Part shown: one piece after another, positions 10,735 to 20,961 of the stretch
Position numbering within the stretch: position 1 is the first letter of the stretch
Layout: each line of letters opens with the position of its first letter
IMG/VR virus record: IMGVR_UViG_3300044842_000325
Span: 32,001 to 96,000 of that record
Direction: 5' to 3' (one strand)
Source of the DNA: a virus
Taxonomy: Duplodnaviria; Caudoviricetes
DNA length: 64,000 nt
Program-made: the position numbers and the translations under genes
The notes under the pieces: model-generated
What the model was told of the DNA's origin: nothing
The model's input: the letters and a program-made list of their open reading frames with translations, nothing else
Database searches by the model: none

Positions 10735-11261
10735 CCCACCACAGTGGTGCCGGCCACCGGAGCATCGGCTTCGTCAGCCGCCGGCGGTTGCAGGATCACC
10801 GCGACACGGGAAGCGATACCCATGATTTCGGCGCGGTATTTGTTCATGAACAGCGACATTTCTTGCGACAGCTGGACGAGGCCGCCGGCCCAGAGCGAAG
10901 TGATATCGATCGAGTGCGAAGCGTGGGCGGCGATCAGACGGTCGATCTGGTAGGCGTTGTCCACGAGCATACGGTTCGGGAAGGCGGCCGTGTAACGCAT
11001 CTTCCAGAACAGCTGGGCGTAGTCGAGGGCCGACTTGGATGCGAACACCACTGCCTCGCCGACTTCCGAGATCTTTTCGCAGACGAACGGATGGACTTGC
11101 TCGCCGTAGTACGCCAGCTGGTTTTCCACGTCCGAGGACGGCAGATGGGCTTGTGCGGACACCGCGAGAGCGACCGCGATGGCCACGATGCGGCTCTGGT
11201 CGCCGGGGTTCTTGACGAGTTTGCCGATGGCTTCGTTCAGGCCGAAGTATTTGGGATTCAT
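10731..11261 (-). CDS. Virion protein (phiKZ gp85-like)
   Basis: 176 aa, SD AAGGA, ATGA coupling to the downstream gene. Confidence 0.5.
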   Translation of the reverse strand: MNPKYFGLNEAIGKLVKNPGDQSRIVAIAVALAVSAQAHLPSSDVENQLAYYGEQVHPFVCEKISEVGEAVVFASKSALDYAQLFWKMRYTAAFPNRMLVDNAYQIDRLIAAHASHSIDITSLWAGGLVQLSQEMSLFMNKYRAEIMGIASRVAVILQPPAADEADAPVAGTTVVG

Positions 11262-11284
11262 GGATCAGGTTCCTTGTTGTTGAA

Positions 11285-12598
11285 TTAGAGCAGCACCGAC
11301 AGCTCAGCAGCACGGACGAACAGCGGGTTGTTACCGAGTTGTTCGAGCTGTTGTTGCAGGAGTTTGGTTTTGCGGTAACGACGATACACCGGGATGATCG
11401 TGGTGGCGATGTATTCACGCCATTCACGCTTGTCTTCGATGTGGCCGATGGCTTTCTCGATGGCTTCGAGATCCGCCAGGATACGTTTCTTTTCCGTGGC
11501 CGAAATGCTACGGTTCTTCAGACGGGCCAGCGTGTCCATCTTGATGCGACGGAAACGCACTTCCGGGGTGTCGTAGGTGTTGTCACCATCGTCACCGAAG
11601 CCACCGACCAGGATACCGATGATGTTCAGCGGAATCGTGAAGAAGCACACCGGCGGGATAAACATCAGTGCGATCGACAGGATCTGGGTGAACATGAACA
11701 GGGGCGTGCTCATCTCAGCATTGCTGCCGCCGAAGAGGCCGTGGATCTTTTGCAGAGCCGTGGTCAGGTGCAGGCCCGCGCCATGGCGCGAAGCGAACTG
11801 GTCAGCGAGTTGCTCGGAGGCCGTCGAATCGTAGATCGAGATACCCAGTTCCGAACGCGACTTCTCGGTCACCTCGGTAACGATTGCCGTTTCCAGGATC
11901 GCGCGTTTGTCGATCTTCGACAGAGCTTCGACATCGACGTCTTTGAGCTTGAGTTCGTCCACAGTGCGGGCGATGATGACTTGGCGTTTGCCGATGTCGT
12001 AATTGCCGTCGAGTTCTTTGACCATTGCAGCCAGCGCTTGGTTGGTCGACACCGTGCGGTTGAACATTTCGCAGTACGTGAAGAAGTGACCGATCTCGTG
12101 CAGCGTCACTGCCGCCATCTCTTCCGAGGTGAGCTGGTATTGCTTCGGCACTGCCCAGCCATCGTGCGAACGACCGTCGCGCTTGAGCATGATCGACGGC
12201 AGGTAGATGGTGGCCGGCAGTTCCGAGAACAGGCCCGACAGACGCGCGGTATTGATGTCGACACCCGCCTTGACCCCGCCTGAACCACCGACGAAGCGAC
12301 GGGTGAAGTTCATCTGTGCCGCGAAGAACTCGCGGTATTCGTTGCGGATCAGGACGTTGTTGTGGTATTCGTCGAAGATACGGATGCACGGCCATTCGTC
12401 GCCGAACACCACCGAGATGTTGGCGTTGAAGCTGTTCTTGATGATAGCTTCGATAAGCTGTTCGTTCTTGCGCTGCTGTTCATCGAAAGCGTTGCCGCCT
12501 TGGAACATGATGTCACGAAACGCCAGCTCCAGTTCTTTGAAGGTTTTGGTGTCCTGATAATTGATCGCCTCGGTAGAGAGCAGGGGCATGCGTCGCAT
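11285..12598 (-). CDS. Zincin (M48-like) metallopeptidase-domain virion protein (phiKZ gp84-like)
   Basis: EEMAAVTLHEIGH and EQLADQFA motifs plus a hydrophobic TM-like segment. Start moved to ATG 12598 (SD AAGGA). Confidence 0.65.
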   Translation of the reverse strand: MRRMPLLSTEAINYQDTKTFKELELAFRDIMFQGGNAFDEQQRKNEQLIEAIIKNSFNANISVVFGDEWPCIRIFDEYHNNVLIRNEYREFFAAQMNFTRRFVGGSGGVKAGVDINTARLSGLFSELPATIYLPSIMLKRDGRSHDGWAVPKQYQLTSEEMAAVTLHEIGHFFTYCEMFNRTVSTNQALAAMVKELDGNYDIGKRQVIIARTVDELKLKDVDVEALSKIDKRAILETAIVTEVTEKSRSELGISIYDSTASEQLADQFASRHGAGLHLTTALQKIHGLFGGSNAEMSTPLFMFTQILSIALMFIPPVCFFTIPLNIIGILVGGFGDDGDNTYDTPEVRFRRIKMDTLARLKNRSISATEKKRILADLEAIEKAIGHIEDKREWREYIATTIIPVYRRYRKTKLLQQQLEQLGNNPLFVRAAELSVLL

Positions 12599-12774
12599 GG
12601 TGGTGTCCTTGTTAACCAGGGGGTATGAGATAAAAATAACAGGGCTGACTATCATCTGGTTCAGCATGATAGGTTCAATAATTTAACCCTGTTATCAGGG
12701 AAGTCATATCAATATCGATCCTTCCGTGATCGGTCCTGTTGCACTCGATTAACATAGAAGAACTTAAAAAGCGT

Positions 12775-14574
12775 ATGTCACAAAAGAAACCTCGGCAGTT
12801 TAGTAACGAAGACATCGTCGGTCACGAATGTCGTCACGTTACTTACTGTCCGCCTCCGGAGCCTGGCATGCCAGACCTCCACTTGATCAAACGCGTGACC
12901 CACGTTAAGCAAGGCGACAAAGTCGTTCAGTTCCCCAACGTGGTGGCTAAGAAAGATTTCGAAAGGAAGTTCTGGATCGAGAAGCCGGGTCGGCAAAATC
13001 ACCGCGAGAAACGCGAGTTTGCCGAGATGGATGACTTGATCGAAGTGGTGTGCACTGAAGCGCAGCTGAAGGACAAGGTGCGCAATAAGCTGATCGAGCT
13101 GACGGAGAAAGCACGTACGCGTTTCGGCTTACCGTTCCCAGGTAAAAATGACAGTTTGCGTAAGTTGTCCCGCAGCCCTTACCTGTACGGCACCGACGTC
13201 TCGTCCACGACGCTGCTCAAAAAGATGTACATGGACATGTTTCCGAATCTGCGCTCGCCCTCCACGGTGGCGTGTACCGACACGGAAACAAACATGTTCT
13301 CAAAAGAACAAGAGATCATCATGCAGACGATCTCCATGAAGGATAAAGTCTTCACGGCGATCAAACGCAGTTTCTTCGGCAACCACACCAACATCGAAGA
13401 GCGCTTGCACGAATGCTTCAATTACCACTTAGGAGACGTGGTGAAAGAGCGTGGGATCAACTGGGAGATCAAGCTGGTTGATACCGCCGGGCAGGTGGTG
13501 ACCGCGGTGATGGAGAAAGCCCACGAGTGGGGTCCGGACTTCTTGGCCATCTGGAACATCAAGTTCGACATGGTGAAAATGCTCGAAGCGCTGGAAAAGG
13601 ATCGTCTCGATCCCGCCAAGGTATTTTCGCATCCTACTCTGCCTGATGCTTACAAGCATTTCAACTTCAAGATCGGCCCTTCCTCGAAAGAAACCGCTTC
13701 CGGGGTGCACAAACCACTGGGCTTTCACGAACAGTGGCACGTCGTTACCACACCAGCATCGTTCTACTTTATCGATGCGATGTGCGCGTACCGGCAGATC
13801 CGTCAAGGTCAGCAAGAAGAACCCAGCTACAAGCTCGATGCGTTGATGGACAAACACATCAAGCGGGGTAAACTCAAGTTCACGGAAGCCGATGGTTTCG
13901 TTGAAGGCGAGTGGCACCGTTTCATGCAGGAGTTCTACAAGTTCGAATACGTGATTTATAACGTGTTTGACTGCGTGGGTATGGAAATGTTGGATGAGAA
14001 GACGGGTGACTTGAACCTGAACTTCCCGCTGTACTCGGGTCCGTCCGACTACGCGATCTTCCCGTCCCAACCGAAGAAGCTATGCAACAAATTCTTCTTT
14101 GACTTGCTCTCGCAGAATCGGGTATTGGCCTCGACGTCTGATACCATGCGTGACGCCAATGACGACCGAACCGTGATCGGTAAAGGTTGGATTACCATGT
14201 TGCCCGCACACCTGTGTATGGACAACGGGCTGAAGTGTTTGGAGGAGATGCGCAATCTGCCTTCTAACATTCGTATCGGCGTGGGTGACTTGGACATCGC
14301 AGGTACCTATCCGAACGAAGGTATTTGCATGAACATCAGCAAATACACAACACACCGTGAACTGCTATACATCGAAGGTATTCCCGATCACTTGCGTAGG
14401 CGGATTGGTTTCAATCTGGCAGGTGGCCATGTCAATGCCTTGGAAGTGGGACATGACCTCTTCAAGATCCCGACGTTGGATCAAATGTACGCGTCGTATC
14501 TACGTCAACAAATGCAACAGTCCTCCGGACAATCGCATCAAATGCTGACTTCATACCAGCAACTTGCCGCATAG
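12775..14574 (+). CDS. Split family-B DNA polymerase, N-terminal part: 3'-5' exonuclease plus motif A (phiKZ gp82-like)
   Basis: ExoI DTETN, ExoII WNIKFD, SYKLD, ExoIII YNVFD, and motif A-like DLDIAGTYP...NIS near the C-terminus. Start uncertain (12739 TTG or 12775 ATG). Confidence 0.8.
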   Translation: MSQKKPRQFSNEDIVGHECRHVTYCPPPEPGMPDLHLIKRVTHVKQGDKVVQFPNVVAKKDFERKFWIEKPGRQNHREKREFAEMDDLIEVVCTEAQLKDKVRNKLIELTEKARTRFGLPFPGKNDSLRKLSRSPYLYGTDVSSTTLLKKMYMDMFPNLRSPSTVACTDTETNMFSKEQEIIMQTISMKDKVFTAIKRSFFGNHTNIEERLHECFNYHLGDVVKERGINWEIKLVDTAGQVVTAVMEKAHEWGPDFLAIWNIKFDMVKMLEALEKDRLDPAKVFSHPTLPDAYKHFNFKIGPSSKETASGVHKPLGFHEQWHVVTTPASFYFIDAMCAYRQIRQGQQEEPSYKLDALMDKHIKRGKLKFTEADGFVEGEWHRFMQEFYKFEYVIYNVFDCVGMEMLDEKTGDLNLNFPLYSGPSDYAIFPSQPKKLCNKFFFDLLSQNRVLASTSDTMRDANDDRTVIGKGWITMLPAHLCMDNGLKCLEEMRNLPSNIRIGVGDLDIAGTYPNEGICMNISKYTTHRELLYIEGIPDHLRRRIGFNLAGGHVNALEVGHDLFKIPTLDQMYASYLRQQMQQSSGQSHQMLTSYQQLAA

Positions 14575-14626
14575 ACGGCATGCCTCCCTCCACCCCTGCG
14601 GGTGGAGGGAGGTGCACTTATGACGT
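14575..14626. terminator. Bidirectional hairpin terminator
   Basis: 14-bp stem GCCTCCCTCCACCC/GGGTGGAGGGAGGT between convergent genes. Confidence 0.7.
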
Positions 14627-14629
14627 CGA

Positions 14630-15388
14630 TTAAACGTTGAAGTAGTTCAGCACGCGTTGACGTGCGTCTTCGCGGATCGGGGCACGATGGAACGTCTGCG
14701 CCAGGTTGACTTGACGCAGGGCGATCTGGCGGCTGGCCGGGTCAGCCAAGGCGGTCAGGGTCGACAGCAGATGACGGAAGTGTGCGACACGTTGCGACGG
14801 CATGGTCACGTGCGGCGTGTAGCGGTGCATGTTCTCGTCGCTGAAGGCGCCCTTCAGGTTGTCGCGGATCAGCTTCATGGTCAGGCCGAACACGGCGTCG
14901 AAGTCTTCGGCTTTCGAGTTGATGGCTTGCACCAGCGTGTGGTACAGGTTCATCTGCATCTGGCCGCCTTCTTCGACCGGCATGCGTACGCGCGCCGACA
15001 TCTTCTCGATGTAGTGCTTGAGTTCCTCGATCACGAGACGCGAGGAAGGCGAGCAGGACAGCGGCAGCTGGTCGACGTCGTCCAAGGTGGCCGGGGGCAG
15101 GACACGACCCGCCGGGATCACGACCGGTTCTTGCGGGGCGGCGGCCGGTGCCGGTTCCTCGACCGGCTGTTCTTCGCCGGCGCTGTCCTTCTCGGCGCCT
15201 TCGTCCATGGGTTGGAGCAGGCCGGCGGCTTGGTCGGCGGTCACATTCAGGACGATGGTGTCCGCACTCGGCTGAGCATCGCCATCGACCGGGGTGACGA
15301 TATCGTTCTTTTGGTCGGTGTTTTGGGTGTTGTCCACGGTGGACTCCTTCTTGACTGGTTTTTGGAAACTGCTACGGTTCTTGCCCAT
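14630..15388 (-). CDS. Conserved hypothetical protein (phiKZ gp81-like)
   Basis: 252 aa, disordered acidic N-half and helical C-half; synteny. Confidence 0.55.
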   Translation of the reverse strand: MGKNRSSFQKPVKKESTVDNTQNTDQKNDIVTPVDGDAQPSADTIVLNVTADQAAGLLQPMDEGAEKDSAGEEQPVEEPAPAAAPQEPVVIPAGRVLPPATLDDVDQLPLSCSPSSRLVIEELKHYIEKMSARVRMPVEEGGQMQMNLYHTLVQAINSKAEDFDAVFGLTMKLIRDNLKGAFSDENMHRYTPHVTMPSQRVAHFRHLLSTLTALADPASRQIALRQVNLAQTFHRAPIREDARQRVLNYFNV

Positions 15389-15413
15389 ACATTACTCCGA
15401 ATTGTGAAAGTGA

Positions 15414-16754
15414 TCAGTGGATACGCAATTTGTAGTCGTACTTTTGCAGCAGCAGTGCCTTACCGTGGTTCGCCTTCATGAACATCAGCATGATAGTGGA
15501 ACCAAAGTCGGAAATGGCCGACGACGACCCGGTGGGGTTTTCTTCCAAACGCGGACCCACACAAGTTGCACAGTAGTCCGTATGCGAATAGATGCAATAC
15601 ATAGGAGAACGCATCAAAAGCTTCTTACCCATGTATTGATCGATGACCTCTTCGGTCAGACGCACGGTGTTACCGGAACTGACGATGGCACTGAAGTTCA
15701 GGTACTTATTACGCAGCTCAGGGGTCAGGACGAGTTCTTTACCCATCTTGGTACCGCAGTCGCCCGGCAGGATGTTGATGTTGGACGACGCGCGTTGCTG
15801 CCATTTCACGGCTTCACCACCGCGCATGGTTTCAGCGCCACGGTTAAACGAACCCGCACGCAGGTTGTTGACCATCGCTGGCAACTTGTCAACGTCCCAG
15901 CCTTCTTCCAGCGAGTTGGGGATGAGTTCCATGTCTTGGCCATCACCCAGACCCGCTTCTGCGCCGACCATCAAGAACTTCTTGGCACGTACCACATCGA
16001 ACGACTTGGACTTGATCAGGAAGTTCAGCGTGTCATCGCCCTTGAGCCACTCTTTGTCCAGATCGCGCAGTTCTTTGGCAATCTGGGCCACCACACCCGG
16101 ATCGATGTTTGGGTTGTTGGGGTCGATGTTGTACTTCTTAAAGAGCTGCGCCTTGAACTCTTTCAAGCCCGGCGGTGGGAGCAGGGATTTCTCAGTACCA
16201 CCCGTGACCCACAAATTCGCAAAGCCCGAGATGTATGTCATGGCATCGGCGAACTTCAGGTATTCCTTCACGTAGATCGGTGACACGGACGGCATCGAGC
16301 GTGCCATTGGCGCGGGTTGACCCGGCACCGGATCATCTTGCAAGCGTGGCAAGATCATGTTCTCCAGCTTTTCCGGTTGCATCCGACCCAACACGAACGG
16401 GATTTTGTTCTTGAATGGATACACCAACAAAATCCCATTGGCCAGCACATTACCGTAACTGGTTTCCACTTCTTCCAACACGTTGGGCAGATCACCCGCT
16501 TTGAGCGAGATCTTGTCCGCTTTGTTAAACGGCGGTTGACCGACTTGGGCGTCTTCCAGTGGCAGCAGCTGGCCTGGGTTCTCCGGATCGACGAAGAAAA
16601 TACCCGTCGGCTGTTGGACGATGCGGTAGGCATACGGGTCAGCCTTGTAAGCATCCGGCCCTTCTTGAGTGACAGCAAACGCGCTGATCACCCAGTTCTT
16701 ATGCCGATACATTTCGGCTCGCATCGCCGCGAGGAAATAGTCTTGACGTTTCAT
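15414..16754 (-). CDS. Virion RNA polymerase beta' subunit, C-terminal part (phiKZ gp80-like)
   Basis: Bridge-helix-like RAGSFNRGAET, plus DCGT and RSPMYC...YCATCVG zinc site typical of RpoC C-terminal regions. Confidence 0.85.
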   Translation of the reverse strand: MKRQDYFLAAMRAEMYRHKNWVISAFAVTQEGPDAYKADPYAYRIVQQPTGIFFVDPENPGQLLPLEDAQVGQPPFNKADKISLKAGDLPNVLEEVETSYGNVLANGILLVYPFKNKIPFVLGRMQPEKLENMILPRLQDDPVPGQPAPMARSMPSVSPIYVKEYLKFADAMTYISGFANLWVTGGTEKSLLPPPGLKEFKAQLFKKYNIDPNNPNIDPGVVAQIAKELRDLDKEWLKGDDTLNFLIKSKSFDVVRAKKFLMVGAEAGLGDGQDMELIPNSLEEGWDVDKLPAMVNNLRAGSFNRGAETMRGGEAVKWQQRASSNINILPGDCGTKMGKELVLTPELRNKYLNFSAIVSSGNTVRLTEEVIDQYMGKKLLMRSPMYCIYSHTDYCATCVGPRLEENPTGSSSAISDFGSTIMLMFMKANHGKALLLQKYDYKLRIH

Positions 16755-17587
16755 TTGGCATATCCCGACATGAGTTGGCGCACTTCGATCATGGTTTCCG
16801 AGATCAGTTTCAGATCCGGGATGAATTGCTCCAGACTGGCTTTGACTGTCTCGCCTGGATTACCGTAACCGTCGCTGGAGATCAACGCGGCCGCGAACAG
16901 CTCCCGAGCGATTTGGTAGCCGGGCATCGTGAGGATGGGTTGCATCCCGTCGATCAGCTTCGCGTACAGCTCGTACGTCATCCCAGGCTGCACGCCTTTA
17001 CTCAGCATGGCAGGCACTTGTACAATCGTCGCGCCAATGGCTTGCAGATAGATATCGAACAAGCGATACGCATGGATGCGCTCACGACGCTCATGCAGCT
17101 CATCGTCGTCTTGTTCCAACTCCGCTTGATTGATCGACTTCAGCCGCACGAAGAACATCTCGGAGACGTCATCGATGACTTGCATGAGTTGGTCGGTGGT
17201 CCACGTCATCACTCGTGATAGCGTTTCTGCGAGCTTTTCGTTGGCACGCATTTCCTCATCAGCGATCTTGAAAAACTGCTGCGGGTTTTCCGTGTTATCG
17301 ATGGTCAGCAAACCTTGCACAACTTCCGCTTTCTGCTTCAGCGTCACGTCCTCAACCAACTTGACCGCGTGCAAGTCGAGCAGATAATTCAGTCCTTGGT
17401 GATAGGTATTACGGATTTCTTGGATGGGCAGGCCGGAATCCATCTCTTCGGCTGTCATCAAGATTTCTTCCACGATGTGCTCGTAATCAAGCTGCGCTTG
17501 CTGCAAAACAGCATCCGCCGCCCTGATTACCGCTTTCTCTTCCACCGTGGTGTGGATATCGAGAAAGTCGCTTAACAAGTCTAGCAT
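16751..17587 (-). CDS. Conserved hypothetical protein (phiKZ gp79-like)
   Basis: 278 aa, acidic and helical, ATGA-coupled to the vRNAP beta'-C gene. Confidence 0.55.
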   Translation of the reverse strand: MLDLLSDFLDIHTTVEEKAVIRAADAVLQQAQLDYEHIVEEILMTAEEMDSGLPIQEIRNTYHQGLNYLLDLHAVKLVEDVTLKQKAEVVQGLLTIDNTENPQQFFKIADEEMRANEKLAETLSRVMTWTTDQLMQVIDDVSEMFFVRLKSINQAELEQDDDELHERRERIHAYRLFDIYLQAIGATIVQVPAMLSKGVQPGMTYELYAKLIDGMQPILTMPGYQIARELFAAALISSDGYGNPGETVKASLEQFIPDLKLISETMIEVRQLMSGYAK

Positions 17588-17810
17588 ATTGGGTCACCCT
17601 AAAATGGGAAGAGGGAAAGCTTGGGGTCAAATGATGGGGAATGTATTCCCATTCTTTGACGCTTTGTCGTTGTATTCAAAGCAATTTTTGATATTGTAAA
17701 AAAATATCTATTCAGTGCCATGCTTTGACAGTTGCCTTAAATCAAGGCTTTTATAGAGACAACGTCTCTCGTGGCAGTTATTAAAAATTGAAGCATTCGG
17801 AGTTAGGGAT

Positions 17811-18404
17811 ATGACCAAGAAAAGTCAAGCGCGTCTGCAACGTGACGCCACCAATAAGCAGGCCCAGAGCCAAGGCATCGAAGGGGTGTATGACAATTTG
17901 AACTTTATGTTCGAAAAGCAATGGGGTCTGTTCGAGCAATATCGCAAGATGATCGAGATCATCACGCACGAAGCGGTGGCGCCGTTCCTGAAAGACCAAG
18001 CGACCGTCGACGTGCTCCTGAAGGGCTTCGATGCCGACATCGGCCAGCTGCTCGACAAGACGAAAGCCACCTATGCCCTGCACCGTGGCAAGACCGGCTT
18101 CCAGAAGCCGGACGACGAAGACGAACACTTCCTCACCATGCAGCTGCAACAGGACTACATGGTTTACATGGGCGTGCACCAGCAAGTCCTGATTCCGGTC
18201 ATGATGGAACTGGACGAGCACATGCGCGGGGCGCTGACCGAACGCAAGCGTCTGGAAGACCAAGCCGCCGCGGCAGCTGCCGCCCTGGACAGCCAACCGC
18301 TGGTGCAAGTGCCGGCTGAAAGCGAAATCGGGGTCGAAGCAAACACCGCCCCGGCAGTGGCCACCGCCGCATCGTACGAACAACCGGCCCTCGACGCCCA
18401 ATAA
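17811..18404 (+). CDS. Hypothetical protein (phiKZ gp78-like position)
   Basis: 197 aa with strong codon bias and an SD. Confidence 0.6.
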   Translation: MTKKSQARLQRDATNKQAQSQGIEGVYDNLNFMFEKQWGLFEQYRKMIEIITHEAVAPFLKDQATVDVLLKGFDADIGQLLDKTKATYALHRGKTGFQKPDDEDEHFLTMQLQQDYMVYMGVHQQVLIPVMMELDEHMRGALTERKRLEDQAAAAAAALDSQPLVQVPAESEIGVEANTAPAVATAASYEQPALDAQ

Positions 18405-18407
18405 GCC

Positions 18408-19994
18408 ATGAGCGACATCGAAAACAACCAGCCGATCGGCATCGAGCAAATCGACGAGACCATCGGTCAACAATCCGCCCTCGAACCTGCCGCAGCAGTC
18501 GACACCAATCCCGACCCTGCCCCGACCGCGGCTGCTGAGCCGGCGCCCGTCGCCGAAGAACAGCCGGACGAGCCGTCGTTCGACTGGCCGGCACCGCTTC
18601 CGGTGAACAACGCCACCACGGATGTGGAATACTTCACGCCGATTGGCGACAAGTGGGACGACCTGTCGGCGATCATCGAGATCCCACCCGATACCGCTGC
18701 CCGTACGCTCAACTACGGGGCCAACAACCCACACGCCAAAGACCAGATCGACACCCCCGAAGGGGAGAAGTGGGCGGATGTGGTCTCGCGTGGCCTGGAC
18801 CATGGTTCGTTCCATGACAGCATGCTGGGTGCGGCCAAACGCGATGGTGCGAACTGGCGCCAACGGCCGGCTGCTGAAGGTGGCAAACCCCTGACCTATG
18901 GCGTGCCGCGTCTGGGTCAAGACGATGGTCCCCTGCTGACCGGTGAACGCGCCATGTTGCGTACGATGGCCCTGATGGGGCGTGGTTCGATCCTGCAAAT
19001 CCCGCTGTGGCATTCGGGCTTCTGGATGACCATCAAGAACCCGGGTGAAGTCGACCTGCTCGACACCCTGCAAACCATCGTCGACAACAAGATCAGCTTC
19101 GGCCGCGCGACCAACGGTCTGGCATTTGCCAACCACGTGGTGGTGAACCAAGGCGCCGTCATCGATCTCGCGATGCGTAACCTGTACGAGACTTCGGTCA
19201 AGGGGTTCACGACAGTCGAAAAGATCCGTGGCAGCATCTGCGCGCTGGACATCCCGATGATCGCCTGGGGCTTGGCCTGCGTGATGTACCCGCGTGGTTT
19301 CCAATTCGAACGCGCTCTGCTCGACGCCAAAGGTGTCAAGACCAAGGTCGTGCGTGAACTGCTCAACGTGGCGGCCTGTTTGCGTGTCGATACCAGCAGC
19401 CTCGACGAATGGCAGCTCAAGCACATGAGCCAGCGCGTCACCGGTTCGATGGGTGAAGAAACGGTCAAGCTGTACCGTGAGCGCTTCCTGCGCGGCAAAC
19501 CGCAATCGATTCAGCTCGACGATTCGATCGGTATCACGATGCGCGTGCCTTCGGTCGACGAGTACCTGATCGCCGGTCAAACCTGGGTGGACGAACTGGC
19601 GGCCATCGTCAACGAAGCTTTCACCCAAGACATGTCGGAACAGAAGCGCACCGAGATGATCATCGACCGCGCCAAGGCCACGTCGATGCGTCAGTATGTG
19701 CACTGGATCAAGTCGATCGATCACCCGAACGATCAGCGTATCGAAGATCGCCCGACCATCGAAAACACGATCTCGAACATGTCGGCGGACGACGTCGTAC
19801 GCGGCAAGTATTACGAGGCGGTGCAAGCCTACATCAACGATTCGGTGATCGCACTCATCGGCGTGCCGCAGGTGCATCCGGAAGAAGCCGAGCAAGTCAA
19901 ACCGCGGTTCGAGAACATCATCCCGCTCGACCCGGTTTCGGTTTTTTCCAGCCTCCTTTACCAAAAGACCCAACAAATCCGTCAGCGTCCGTAG
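18408..19994 (+). CDS. Conserved protein (phiKZ gp77-like), possible tail/baseplate-hub assembly chaperone
   Basis: 528 aa. MRVPSVDEY motif; 3' end contains the GGTTTTTT slippery run (see findings). Confidence 0.55.
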   Translation: MSDIENNQPIGIEQIDETIGQQSALEPAAAVDTNPDPAPTAAAEPAPVAEEQPDEPSFDWPAPLPVNNATTDVEYFTPIGDKWDDLSAIIEIPPDTAARTLNYGANNPHAKDQIDTPEGEKWADVVSRGLDHGSFHDSMLGAAKRDGANWRQRPAAEGGKPLTYGVPRLGQDDGPLLTGERAMLRTMALMGRGSILQIPLWHSGFWMTIKNPGEVDLLDTLQTIVDNKISFGRATNGLAFANHVVVNQGAVIDLAMRNLYETSVKGFTTVEKIRGSICALDIPMIAWGLACVMYPRGFQFERALLDAKGVKTKVVRELLNVAACLRVDTSSLDEWQLKHMSQRVTGSMGEETVKLYRERFLRGKPQSIQLDDSIGITMRVPSVDEYLIAGQTWVDELAAIVNEAFTQDMSEQKRTEMIIDRAKATSMRQYVHWIKSIDHPNDQRIEDRPTIENTISNMSADDVVRGKYYEAVQAYINDSVIALIGVPQVHPEEAEQVKPRFENIIPLDPVSVFSSLLYQKTQQIRQRP

Positions 19995-20020
19995 ACGTCA
20001 TCAGTCACGTCGCCCACCCG

Positions 20021-20452
20021 ATGTTCGGAGCCGAGTTCTTAGAGGAACCGTCTCGGGTGGTCGAATTCTTTGTCGAAACGATTCGTCCCTATCTTTCGCA
20101 CAAAGGCAAACTGAGTTCGGTTGAAGCTTCGTTGCTGCTCCATAAAGCTTACCTGTTGCGCTATAACCTCGCCACCAAGACTGAGTTGAACCATAACCCA
20201 GCCTCGTTGGTGAAGATGCGGCCAGCAGAAGACGGTTACGTCGGTACGCTGATGGAGGAGCACTTTGAACATTTCGTGGACTTAGAAATTTATCAGTTCA
20301 TGAAATGGAATGAGTACATTCAGTTACCCCGACACGAGATCGCCATGATCCGACGGGTGGCAGAGAAGCGGCTTCGGCGTAAGAACGCAGTGGATGACAA
20401 AAGCGTACAACAAGCTGAAGACATGATGCGGGGCTTGGGAATAGGGAGATAA
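20021..20452 (+). CDS. Conserved protein (phiKZ gp76-like), probably expressed as a -1 frameshift extension of the upstream gene
   Basis: 143 aa with no SD before the ATG. Frame is open back through 19940. The WNEYIQLPRHE motif resembles GT-type chaperone tails. Confidence 0.5.
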   Translation: MFGAEFLEEPSRVVEFFVETIRPYLSHKGKLSSVEASLLLHKAYLLRYNLATKTELNHNPASLVKMRPAEDGYVGTLMEEHFEHFVDLEIYQFMKWNEYIQLPRHEIAMIRRVAEKRLRRKNAVDDKSVQQAEDMMRGLGIGR

Positions 20453-20454
20453 CC

Positions 20455-20898
20455 ATGGGTATCCGGTATGTTGAGCGTGGAAACATTTTCCACAGCACCG
20501 CGCAAGTGTGGGTGTGTCCCACCAACGCTGGCGGGGTGATGGGAAATGGTTTGGCCCGGGCATTCCGTGACCGAGTGCCGGATCTTTTCCACGCGTATCG
20601 GCGACACTGCTCTAAGCATTTGCCGAAGCTCATGGTACCTTTCGTATTCGAAGCTGAAAAATGTATCGTGTATTGTTTACACACCAAGCGCAAGTGGTGG
20701 GAAGATTCTTCCACAGCGATTGTGCGTGATGGCTTACTCAAGCTGATTGCGTGGTGTCAACAAGAAAAGATCGAGTCGGTGGCGATACCGGCGTTGGGTT
20801 GTGGTAAAGGAGGACTTGAGTTTTATCGGGATGTCAAACCGATCATTCACGAACTCCTGAAAGAGTCGAACATGGACGTAACTGTTTATTGCCCGTGA
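20455..20898 (+). CDS. Macrodomain (ADP-ribose binding/hydrolase, DarG/TARG1-like) protein
   Basis: GNIF, VCPTNAGGVMGNGLA and SVAIPALGCGKGGL motifs. Confidence 0.85.
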   Translation: MGIRYVERGNIFHSTAQVWVCPTNAGGVMGNGLARAFRDRVPDLFHAYRRHCSKHLPKLMVPFVFEAEKCIVYCLHTKRKWWEDSSTAIVRDGLLKLIAWCQQEKIESVAIPALGCGKGGLEFYRDVKPIIHELLKESNMDVTVYCP

Positions 20899-20913
20899 AA
20901 CAAAAAAAGAAAT

Positions 20914-20961
20914 AGCGCATACGGCCTCCCTACCCCGCAAAGGGTAGGGAGGTTATGCCGT
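20914..20961. terminator. Bidirectional hairpin terminator
   Basis: Stem GCCTCCCTACCC/GGGTAGGGAGGT flanked by AGCGCATA and TATGCCGT. Confidence 0.7.
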
